Below are positions 1-11,202 of a stretch of DNA of 32,749 nt, one piece after another. Origin of the DNA: Jimgerdemannia flammicorona (taxonomy: Eukaryota); assembly GCA_003990765.1 (NCBI GenBank), contig RBNJ01000337.1:1-32749 (forward strand), in the 5' to 3' direction. Numbering within the stretch: the stretch's first letter is position 1; each line of letters begins with the position of its first letter. A program made the position numbers and the translations under genes. Under the pieces are notes generated by a model. The model made no database searches and was not told where the DNA came from. It saw only the letters and a list, made by a program, of their open reading frames with translations.

Positions 1-230
1 GACAAATTAAAGTTTGAAAAAAATGATTTTTTGAAACATTGTTTTTCTGTTAAAAATATATCTCAATTTGTTTAAAAACAATTTTTTTTTTTTTTATAAA
101 ATTTTTACCTAAGGTAGAATTATTATATAAAATATTATTGGTAATTTTTTTTTTAAAAGCTATTATGATTTTAAAAGTTATAAACTTTTAAAATCTTGCC
201 TCTAAATATAGGTACAAAACAGTCAAAGGG
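1..230. mobile_element. Possible terminus of an AT-rich DNA transposon that truncates gypsy A pol
   Basis: Homology to gypsy pol stops abruptly at ~231. The segment ends GGTACAAAACAGTCAAAGGG (reverse complement CCCTTTGAC..., TIR-like) and contains a 13-bp-arm inverted repeat at 167-195. The other end is not in the window. Confidence 0.3.
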
Positions 231-2035
231 ATAGTATCTCTATTAGATGATAGGATTCTTTGAAAAATTTCTTTTCTAAATAGTATTTCTTAATGAATAA
301 AGTGGGTGCTTTGTGATTAGATATCTCAGAGAGCAGATAATACTATTGGCAGATGGTTATCCTAGTTTTTGTAGTTATTATAGATCTTAGTAATAATATT
401 CTTGAGAGTCTTATTGATTCTTTCTACTTGTCTATTTTCTTATATATAATAGACTATAGTCCAAATGTGCTGGATTTTGTACTTTCTGTAGAGAACTAAT
501 TCACAAATTCTGTTCCTCTATCTGTAGTTACTTGTGCTGGGGTCTTGAATCAGCAGATGATTTCTTTGTAGAAGAAATTGGCAATTAACTATATATTGAC
601 TTCTTTGAGGGGTCCTGCCTTTATCTATTTTGTGAAGAGATCCACAATGATAATAATATATTAGTTGCTAATTAATATCAGAGGTAGTGGGCCAATTACT
701 TCTATTGCTATATAAGTGAAGGGTACTGGTTCTATGTGTGCTGATTCTGGAGTTTGGTTTTATTGGTCTTATTTCTATTTTTGGCATTTTTTATAAGTTT
801 TGATAAATTGTCTGATATCTTTCTCTATTCTTGGCCACTACATTATTCTTCTTGTTTTATTATATATATTTATTCCTTCTAGATGACTAAGTTTATATAT
901 TAATTTCATTGCTTGTTCCTTCTTGTGTTTGGGTATAACTAGTAGCTTTCCTTTCTTTAGTATCTCTTTATCAGTTTTGAATTATTTCTAAGTTTTGTTG
1001 ATAATTATTTGTATTTATTCTTTCAAATATTGAGATATATTTTGCTGTCCCAAGTAGGTGATAATTCTATAATAGAGCTCCTTATTCATAGTTGATTTAC
1101 TGGTTAGAAGTCCTTCAGAGTATCTGTAAGAGGGCATCTATATTGGCATTAGTTCTTCCTAGGTAGTATACAATGGTTATATCATAGGCTTGCAACTTCA
1201 TGATCTATCTAGCATAGATTCCTTTGGGTTACCTAGTGATCAGTAGTTAAATAAGGGCTGAGTAGTCCATCTGAATAGTGAAGTGTCTTCTGGTGAGGTA
1301 GTAGTGGAACTTTTCTATAGCCCAGATAACTATAAGATATTCCAACTTATAGGATTCATATTCTTTTTCAGCTCCTCTGGTTCCTCAGCTTAGATATGCA
1401 ATAACATACTCTACTTTATCTTTCTTTTGAGCCAGGATTACTCCTAGTTCTTGGGTACTTACATCTGTCTACAGAATAAATTCTTGAGTCCAATCTGGTC
1501 TTCTGAAGATGGATGCCTAGATCAGTCTGATCTTAAGCTCATCAAATGCTTTTTATTACCTACCAGTTTATTGAAACTTGATATTCTTCTTATTGAGTTC
1601 GTAGATTGAGCTTGTAATGTTGAAGAATTCTCTACTAAATCTTCAGTAGTAAGAGATAAGTCCCATTAAGACTTGGGCTTAAGTAACTGTAGTAGGTCTT
1701 AGATATGCTACTACTACTTGAATCTTGAGGGGATCTGTGTATATTCCATCTTGATTGATGATATGGCTAAGATAGATGATCTCAATTTCTGCAAACTTAT
1801 ACTTCTTGGGCTTGATATAAAGACTATGCTATCTTAGCTTCTCTATTATCTGCTGAATATACTACAGATGTTCTTTAGCTATCTTACTATAGATAATAAT
1901 ATTATCTATATAAACCATTATCCATCTTTCTATATTATAGTGAAAGATTTTATTCATCATTTGCTGGAAGTTCACAGAGACATTGCATATTCCAAATAGT
2001 ATTCACAGGTAGACATAGGTTTTATCTGGGGTCCT
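231..2035 (-). pseudogene. pol: gypsy A pol remnant (C-terminal RT, RNase H, integrase)
   Basis: Minus strand reads TPDKTYVYL*ILFGICNVSVNFQQMMNKIF...VYIDNIII (decayed YIDD at 1901-1912). RNase H and integrase segments are colinear with element B. Many stop codons. Confidence 0.85.
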
Positions 2036-2039
2036 TAAC

Positions 2040-3915
2040 TTGACAAAGTCTAGTATTTTGGTAGTCAGACTGTTAAGATGGTATAGAGTGGTGACAGTTG
2101 CTCATATATATTATAGTTCAGAATTTTTGATTAAGGTATATACTGGTTATGTATTATATCTTTTAATAATAAAAATATGCTCTACTTCTTTTGAGTTCAT
2201 TTCTTTCTCTTTTGGTGAGTTTCTTAAAGATACTTGACTAGATAGGTTCAGAATTTTGAGATGTCTAAGAAGTAGATATATATAGAGAGAGCTCTGGATA
2301 ATTTATACTTAGGTTCTTCTTTCTTAGTCTATGCTTTTTCTTATTATGGAATTGTTTTTGAGACAGAATTAGTCTAGCTATTAGAATTTACTTAATTATA
2401 GTCTTGATTTAGCCAAATACTATTATTGGTAATTACAACCAACTGAGTATTCTTATTCTTAAATCTTTCTTGTACTATTTTGGTAGTATATTGAATAAAT
2501 AATCTGCTTTTATACTATTTTATGCTTTATCATTGACAATATATCTTAGGCCAATAGTGTTCAGAAGTAACTCAAGTTTTGTATAAAAGGTTTTAAATTC
2601 CTCCTTACAATATATATTAAATTTGAGATTATAGAGTTTAACTTGAGATTTAGTAATTAAAGTTTCACTACAATATTGAGCAATTATGAATTATTTGAGC
2701 CCAGGGGCTATAGAGTGATCTTCATATTTAGAGACATTATTTACTATATTTTGAGTAATAACTATAGATCAGATGTTATATATGAGGAATTTTTCAGAAA
2801 AGGTTTACTACTATTCTTCAGCAAGTTCTCAAAAGAATGTAACAACTCAGTAAATATAAGCCATAATAGTGGCAAAAAGTTTTTCAATAGTGTGGTCTTA
2901 GTTATTTATTAGGAGGTAGTCAGCAACTCACTCATTGATCTATTATATCTACTATACTAATAAAGCTTTGGACTTCTTTCTTATATAGTATTATTAAAAA
3001 TAGGTAGACTCAGGCTTTTAGTTAGTCAGATCTATTCAGCTAAGATAATAATAGTTGCTATCATTACAGCTATCTGGGCTATGAGATCTTGGATTTGTTA
3101 GTTTGCTATATTGTTTATAAGAGATAGTTGAACTACTAGTAGTGAAGTTACTGGTATAATTTGAGGTACTAGTGTAGAGTGTTATAGTATTTCTTGAGTT
3201 TGTATAAGTTGCTGAAGTAACTGTTATAGATCTGATATAAGGGTCTGATAGCTAACTATCTATTATTCAGTAAGTATATTTTGTCCTAAAGTAGGTATAT
3301 CTTCTTTAGTAGTATATTTAAGATCAAATTCAGTGAGATACTTCTTCTCTTCTTCACTTGTTCAGTATCAAAATAGATAGTATTGATTGTATACTAGAGT
3401 TCAGATAAACTTAAATCAAAAGCTTCTTCAAGATCAGATTCTGTTTCTAGTTTGATTTCAGATTTAGATAGAGTTCTAGCTAGGCCTGCTTCTGGCTCAG
3501 GGTCTAATTATTGATAAAGGATTTCTCTGACATCTTCTTTAAGAATATGATAGGTCTTATAATTCTGAAAATAGTAGTATAGGGCAGTCTTAGTTCTGGT
3601 ATAATAATAGTTAATAGAGTTGAGCTACTTGGTTACAGAGGCTTAGACTTTGTGAGGAACTAAGACTAGGAAGATAGCTACTGATTATTATAGATTGCTT
3701 GGGTTTATAGAGCTTATAAAACTCTTATTGAGAAGGATAAAGAAGACTTCTATAAGACCTTCTTCATCTTGACTTACAGGATGTAGAGTAAGAAGGTCAG
3801 TAAATAAGATTAAAGAACTTCTTTATATATATAAAGCTTGTTCTACTTGTTATAAGTATAGAGGTCTAATTGTCCTTATATATTAGGTTCAATTTATTCC
3901 AAATTATCAGATATG
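2040..3915 (-). pseudogene. gag: gypsy A gag remnant
   Basis: N-terminus aligns with gag of C. Capsid-like segment GLK*FIIAQYCSETLITKSQVKLYNLKF...KLELLLNTI at ~2555-2705. Decayed CCHC knuckle after FKKLTKRERNELKRS at ~2130-2230. Confidence 0.7.
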
Positions 3916-3951
3916 TAGTTTGAGATAAATTTCAGTTCAGTGGTTGGGCTT

Positions 3952-4215
3952 TAGGAATTTTCTATAAAGAATTATAGCTGAGTGAGAAAGTATTTTGAAG
4001 TAGAATTAGATTATAAACCACTGTTACTAAGTTATAAGAGAGTACTTGTTAGAGTACTGTTATATAGTTCTGGAAGGGTTTTCAGAAAGTTCTGAATATT
4101 CTAGAAGACTATTTTCTTAAGATTAAGATCAATTTTATATAGAGTATATCTTTTATACTTATTAATTTCAAGATTAGATTAATACATATCTTAACCAAAG
4201 TTCTTTCTTAGACTA
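3952..4215 (-). repeat. Partial (U5-side) 5' LTR of gypsy A
   Basis: Reverse complement matches ~21945-22208, the end of LTR C. Confidence 0.8.
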
Positions 4216-5516
4216 AAGACTTACTATAAATGAAATGCCTACTGCTTGCCAAACCTCAAGGTCAAGGAACCATCAAGACACCTCAGTTGAAGAAAGGATG
4301 TTCCAAGATATCAAAAGAGCCATAAGGACTCATATAAGAAGGACTCCTAGTGTTAACCTGAGTACTGCAGATCCTTATCACTTTATTCTCTACCACCATG
4401 AAATGGAAACAAGGATCACTATTGCTACCAAATGCCTTCAAATATGGTAGAAGTATGAAATAGAAAATCTCCTCTGCTGGAAGTATCCACAGGCCAGCCC
4501 TCAAGAGTTATAAGATATTACTCTCATAGATATGCATGAAACAAGAATAGCTAAGAAGATTCATCAGATCTTCAGGCATGCACCATGGTCAATCCCCAAC
4601 TTGAAGTATGTTAGAGTCTCAGATTTCAGAGATCTATCAGCCTACTGTATCAATGCACTAAAAGCCAGAGTGGCTACAGAAGCCCAGTCCACTATCACCC
4701 TCAATAGTGATGAAGTAGAAGACTTCTGGCATCCCATCCTCCAGGACAATCCAGACCAATTTCTGTAAGAATTGATCTCAGTATTCTAAGGCCCAAGCAT
4801 CTAGGTTAGACTTCTTCAAGATCTCACATTTGTCTCTTATTTTGTAGAAGAGAACCTCATAGATTGGAGAGCCCTCAATTTCCTCACATAATATATATAA
4901 AATGCACAACCTATGTAATGATGATGAGATGGACAAAATATTCACAGACCTCATCTCCTTCAAAGACATCCTGATCTCTGATGAGGATGAAGTCCCTATG
5001 GTCTTGAACATTCTGCTCTAAGTTCTTTGGTTACACTGAATTATGCCAGCACTCTTTTTCTATATAACAGCTATTCCTTTACTGGTATTCTGATGTAACT
5101 CAGAATTATTCCAGCACTATTTTTCTGTACCACTAAAATTATACCAGCATCCTGAACCTATGCAACCATCAGTGCCAATACTGGAACTTAGCAGTTTTCT
5201 ATATCCTAGTATTTTATTTTAGTTATTAGAATTTATATTTAGCTTTACATCTTAGCAACCATTGAATTATATTTTATATAAATACCCCTCTTATTTTCTC
5301 TGAAATAAAGTTAGTCTACTTAGTATAATATATACAATTTCTTACAAGCAATCTAAGAGATAACAAGATAGTTTAAAGATAAGAAGTTTGAGAACTATAA
5401 GACCTTAGGAAGGTACTCTAATAAGAACTTGCTTATAACAAACTTGAGTTAGTCTAAGAGATACACCTTGAAGAGAATCTGATATATTTGAAAAACTCAG
5501 TGACTACTATATAATA
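4212..5516 (+). repeat. 5' LTR of B (first ~220 bp missing)
   Basis: Colinear with the 3' LTR. Ends ...ACTATATAATA (decayed ...CATAACA). TATAAATA at 5277-5284 and AATAAA at 5304-5309. Confidence 0.9.
4235..4890 (+). pseudogene. LTR (U3)-embedded ORF of unknown function, 5' LTR copy
   Basis: ORF-track pieces 4235-4450 and 4532-4768 are in the same frame. Several stops are sense codons in the other LTR copy. The 3' end is uncertain. Confidence 0.65.
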
Positions 5517-5519
5517 ACT

Positions 5520-5533
5520 TGGTATCTATTAGC
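5520..5533 (+). promoter_or_regulatory. Primer-binding site of B (decayed)
   Basis: TGGTATCTATTAGC begins 3 nt after the LTR end. The cognate tRNA cannot be assigned. Confidence 0.6.
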
Positions 5534-8500
5534 TGATAATTCAAGATGAATCCCTTACTTTCAAGCTGAAAAATGAACAACTACTACAATAACTATCCTG
5601 ACTACAAGAGTCACCCCTGTAAGAATTTAAGACAAGATAGAAATGTATCCCTCCACATTCTATAGATATACTATTGAAGAGTCAATCCTGACCTTCATTG
5701 AAGACTTTGAACAATTCACTGCCATATAAGCCCTTGGTGTGGATGCATAATTGGCTCTTCTATCTATCAGCCTCAGAGAACCTGCCAGAGAAAAGTTCAA
5801 TATAGCCACTATTGCTGATAATAGTGCAGTCAAACTTGTCAATATGAAGGCCTTCCTCAGAACAATATATTATACTGAAGAGATCAAGCAAGCTCTCAAG
5901 GATCAACTCAATACTATCTACCAGAGACTCAGTGAAGATTCCAACTCATTCTATACCCAAATCTGCCATCAGATTATCTTGGCTGACTATAATAATACCC
6001 TCAAGAAACAAATAGCAGATTCAATCTTTCTCAAAGAAGTTCACCCTGAAATTGTCCTAGCAATCTGGTCTACCCCAGCTACACTGACCCTTGATCAGAA
6101 TATGGTCTTTGCACAGAGATATTGGACTACCAGACACTCTATCAAACACTCAATGGAGAAAATAACTGACATCAAGATAGAGCCATCAAAGCCAACTAGT
6201 ATCATACCCACCATAGTTATAAACAGACAACCATCCCCACCTACCCCCAAGACAGCCAAAGCTGACCCAGTGGCAGAACTCACTAAGCAGTTCACTGAGA
6301 TGACTATACACCTTGATGATGTTATTAGAGAAGTCTGAAGTGCCAACAGGAGACCAGTATAGAGATTTGCAGCTGCTATAGAAGAATGCAATATTATATG
6401 TTTCAGATATAGAGAAGAAGGCCACTATGTAAAGAGTTGCATGACTGAAACAAGATACAAAGCCCAACCAAGCAATGCTAGTAGAACCAGAGAACAAACC
6501 AATACAGTAATCATCAAGAAGATTGGTGATACTGATGATGAAGAATACTATAAAGAGCTCAAATTCTACTCTGCTACTAAAGGTACCAGAACCCAGTCTG
6601 AGCTCTATGACAAGAAGAGCAACAGTAAGCCAGTTGGAAGACCAAAGAAGACCCCAGCTATCACTATTCAAAGCAAGATCCAACCTGAGGAGATTGATCA
6701 AGACATGGAGTTAGATGAAGCTGTCTGCCAAATCATTGAAGGTACTACTCCAGTCTTAGGAGAAAGCAAAAGCAAAAAGGAACAGAAGCTGTATAAGACC
6801 AAGATCCACTAGTATGATATCTACAAGAATCTCAAAGAACAGAAGGTCAATGCTACTTTTGGACAGTTAGCTGAAGTCTCTGCCTTCAGACAGCAGTTGA
6901 GAGTAGGACTTACAACTACTGCTAAGAATCAAGAGTACAAGATTATAGAAGCTCACAATGCATAAGAAGATGATTAAGAAGACTCAGGTAAAGAATCTGA
7001 AGACTAGCACAAGATATTAGCCTATATCTCATATCAGATCAAAGATTGTATCTTTAATACTATCATTGATACTGGTGCTGGAGGATGTCTTATGAGTAAG
7101 AAGGCAATTGACTGCCTAGGCTGGGATATTGAAGAGTCCACCAAGATGGTCTATGTTACAGAAGATGGTATACAAGCTACCTCTCTTGGCAAAATCCAAA
7201 AAGTCCCCATCAAGATAGAAGAAGCTATCATCTCAGTAGATGTGATTGTTATAAGCACCACCAATTATACCATCCTCATTGGCAACCAATGGCTTCACAA
7301 GGCCAAGGCCATCATTGACCTCAATACCCAGAAGATACAGATCAACTATAGAGGAAAAAAGGTACAAGTCTCTATCAATGTCCATAAAGGAGTTCTACCA
7401 GATATGGAGGAAGAAGATGAGAAGGATACAGAAGTCTTCATATACTTGGTGAATAAGAATAAGAATAAGAACAAGACACTCAAGCTCACAGATGAGCAGT
7501 GGTACAACAAGATCATTGATGGCTATGCCCCTCAAGGAAGATGCCCCCATGGTACTAGAATGTACTACTCTGAACACCTGAATGACTACTGGTCCTATAT
7601 CAGTGAAGTCAGAAAAATCTACCAACAGAAGCATAAGCAAGAAGCTGCTGAAGCAAAAAGGAAAGCCAAAGAAGATGACCAGCCCCCAGAGCTTCAAGCT
7701 GATAGTGATGATGAGAAGGAATAAGAACCAGATATTACTCTCAAGGTTAAGAAGTTTCATCCTGAAGCCAAGATTCCAGAATACAAGACTGAAGGAGCCA
7801 TAGAAATAGACCTTGTCAGCATTTAAGATACTACCCTCAAATCACAGACCACTACTCTACTTGGCACTGGAATTGGAGTCAAGTTGCCAGAGAACTATAC
7901 TGGAATTATCAAGACTAGGAGCAGTCTGGCCAAAAGCAAAATCTCAGTTGAAGGAGGAGTAATTGACCCTAATTATACTGACAAGATCTTCCTCATAGTC
8001 AGGAATCACAACTCCACTACCCCATTCAAATTTAAGAAGTATGACAGGATTGGCCAGATGTTGATCCATGAAATCAAGAAGCCCAAGATCACTGAAGCCA
8101 TTGAACTCATCAAGACCAAGAGAGAAGAACAAGGTTTTGGATCTACTGGAAGAGGAGCCTATACTACTACCAAGATCACCAAACTTGAGCACAAGAAAGA
8201 CAGAGATCAGAACAAGCACACATATACTATTGGAGAAAACTTTCCCTTGAAAAAACAACTTCTTAAGATTCTGCATCAGAATAAAGGAGTACTTGCTATA
8301 GACTTCAGAGATATCTATAATCAAGAACTCAAATATTACTATGAAGTTGACACTGGCAATACCAAGCCCATCTACCAGAAAGCCAGACCTATACCACCTA
8401 TCTACAGAGAATAGCTACAAGCAGAACTCAAGGAAATAGAAGAAGTCAGAATCATCAAGCAAGCTATTAGTCTCTGGGCTTCATCTATTGTCCTTGCCTC

Positions 8501-10838
8501 AAAGAAAGAAAGCAAGCCTAGAGAGTTTGTACCAAGACTCTGTATTGACTACAGAAAGCTCAATGCAATCACTAAGAAGGATAGGTAGCCCTTGCCAAAT
8601 ATTCAAGAAATCCTTACTACTCTTGGAAGCAAAGCCAAATACTACACCACCTTGGATCTATTCTCAGGCTTCCATCAGATTGGTCTCACTCAAGATACCA
8701 GTGAGAAATCAGTCTTCATTACACCTGATGTCACCTATATCTACCTGTGAATGCTATTCAGAATATACAATGTCCCAGTAAGTTTTCAGTGAATGATGAA
8801 CAGAGTCTTTAGCAATGAGATTGGAAAATGGCTCTTTGTCTATATTAATGATGTGATCATCTTCAGCAACACTGCATGGGAATATATCAATTACATATAG
8901 CTAGCCCTCAAGAAGCTCAAGGAGTATGGCCTCTACATCAAGTCTAAGAAATGCAAGTTTGCAGTTCAGGAAATCACCTACCTAGGACACCTCATCAACC
9001 AGATAAGAATCCATATAGACTCCATGAAGATTGAGGCTGTTGTAGCCTACCCAAGACCCAGAACAACTACAGAAGTCCATGTCTTCCTTGAACTGGCCTC
9101 CTATTACAGAAGATTTATTAAAGGATACTCTAATATTGCAGTACCTATCTATGAGCTACTGAAGAAGGAAATGGACTAAGGAATGCCAAGAAACCTTTAA
9201 TAAACTCAAGACTAGGTTGACTCAAGCACCTATTCTCAGAAGACCAGATTGGAACCTAGAATTCATCCTGCAGACAGATGTGAGTGCTATAGGACTTGGA
9301 GCAGTCCTAGCTCAGAAGAAAGATGGACATGAATATGTTATCTCCTATATAAGCTGAGGTACCCATGGAGCAGAGCAGAACTATAAGTTATATAAGCTTG
9401 AATACTTAGCAATAGTTTGAGCAGTAGACAAGTTCTACTACTATCTAGCCAAGAAATACTTCACCATTTAAACAGACTATTCCACTCTTGCCTAGCTATT
9501 CCACACTCTGAACCCCAAAGGAATATATGCTAGATGGATCTACAGACTGCAAGAGTATAACTATACTATCAAGTACTGCTCAGAAAGAACCAATATCAAT
9601 GCTGATGCACTTTCAAGAATACCCTGAAATACCCCCATCAAGACTATTTAATATGAATAAAGAGTTATACTATGGATTAATCAGCTACCTTGGGTAGCAG
9701 AAGATATTCAACCACTTCAAACCCTGGACAATCACTATCATCAACCAGACTTGGAAACAGTTTGAGCTAGACAATACTATACTCAGAAAAGGAGGAAAGC
9801 TAGTAATACTCAAACATAAGAAGTATCAAGTAATGAAGGAAGTATATGAGCAAGGATACCTAGGAGAAACCAACATATATAATAAGGCAAGAAGAACCAT
9901 ATAGTGGCCCAAGATAGAGAAAGATCTGTGCCAATTTGTCAAAGGGTGTGATAAGTACCAAAAACAGAAATAAGATCAGCAAGACCAGATACCTAGGTTA
10001 TTAAGAATTGAGCCTATTCTCTTTCACCACATTGCAATAGATATCATTGGACCACTATCAGTAACAATATCAGGAAACCACTATATTATAGTTATTGTAG
10101 ACCTCTTTATCAAATAGATAGAAGCAGAAGTATTACAAGAAGCCAATATTCTCTCTATAGCTGACTTCCTATACTGAGAAATCATCTGCCACTATAAGAC
10201 ACCAAGGCAAATTACCACAGACTACAGCACAGAATTTATCAATAGATTCCATGAGATAATATATCAGAAATACAAGATTCAGTATATCAAGACCACCACA
10301 TACCACTCTCAAGGAAATGGATAGATAGAAAGAACTAACAAGATCCTCAAGAACATTCAGGCAAAAATCTCAGAGACATATGAGAATTGGAATAACTATC
10401 TCCCAACTGTCCTCTCTGTCCTATAAGATATATAGTTACAGAGCACACACTTTACTCCAAGAGAACTGCTCTTCAGAGAAGAAGATTCTGATAAAACCTC
10501 AGCTATAAATCTAGATTTAACTTAGAGATAGGTCAATGCAGAAATCTGAAGACTATACCAAATCAGAAAGAAGGCTGAAGATTACATCATCAAGTCACAG
10601 GAAAAATACAGAAAAGAATCACAAGACCTTAGAACCCATCCAAATTAGAGAAAAGGTCCTATTGTATCAAAATATGATAGAAGCCTCATGGTCATGAAAA
10701 CTGAAGCCCAAATAGAAATGACTCTTCTATATACAAGATATTAAGGGAACTATCTTCTGGCTTAGAAAAATCTCAGAGATCATACTGCCTATTATGGTAC
10801 ATAGGAATAGACTCAAGAAGTACCACAAACCTATATAA
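5532..10838 (+). pseudogene. gag-pol: gag-pro-dut-pol polyprotein of B
   Basis: ORF fragments at 5751, 6441, 7092 and 7884 share one frame. Knuckle CFR[Y<C]REEGHYVKSC at ~6400-6440. Protease IIDTGAGG at ~7062-7085. RT RLCIDYRKLN, LDLFSGFHQI and YIND (<YIDD) at 8841-8852. RNase H FILQTDVSAIGLGAVLAQ at ~9260. Integrase IDIIGPL, ITTDYSTEF and GNG*IERTN; ends near NRLKKY. No chromodomain seen. Confidence 0.9.
7731..8150 (+). pseudogene. dut: Trimeric dUTPase domain between protease and RT
   Basis: All five motifs are recognisable: GAIEIDL, RSSLA, GVIDPNYT, DRIGQ, REEQGFGSTG. Confidence 0.92.
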
Positions 10839-11192
10839 GAGAAGCAAAATGTGATGACTGCCAATGAGGTTCTAGTCTGCAAATTATAACAGCATGTCCA
10901 GTAATCAGCAGGCTATCTATCTGGACTATTCTTTAAGGGATATAGTACTAGCAACTACTCATCTGTGAGACTTTTGAAGCCAGAAGAGTTCAAACTATCA
11001 ACTAATTGATCAATATCAGAATCAGACCCTTGCTCTATATAAAGAAAGTAACCCTTCACCATTATTCCAAAATATATAGAGAAGACACCAGCCTATAAAC
11101 ACCACTTTTTGACCTCTTGTCAGAGGTTATGGGATCAGCAAATTTTTCAGGACTAGACTAATGAATAAGGATGCTCAAGAAGATCCTTATTT

Positions 11193-11202
11193 AGAAGAAA
11201 GA
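11193..11202 (+). promoter_or_regulatory. Polypurine tract of B
   Basis: AGAAGAAAGA immediately before TGTAACAG. Confidence 0.65.

Larger units (their letters stand above)
231..4215 (-). mobile_element. Ty3/gypsy LTR retrotransposon A, degenerate and internally deleted
   Basis: Reverse complement of ~3540-4215 aligns with 21945-22660 (LTR end and gag start of element C). Reverse complement of 231-2035 aligns with the RT/RNaseH/integrase of element B (~8720-10490). Confidence 0.85.

Noticed and set aside
7884..8414. Stand-alone cellular or bacterial dUTPase gene
   Set aside because: It is in frame within the gypsy polyprotein; the ORF limits are mutation-derived stops.
10840..11200. env-like or chromodomain sequence after integrase of B
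   Set aside because: Only ~360 bp, with no convincing frame or motif.
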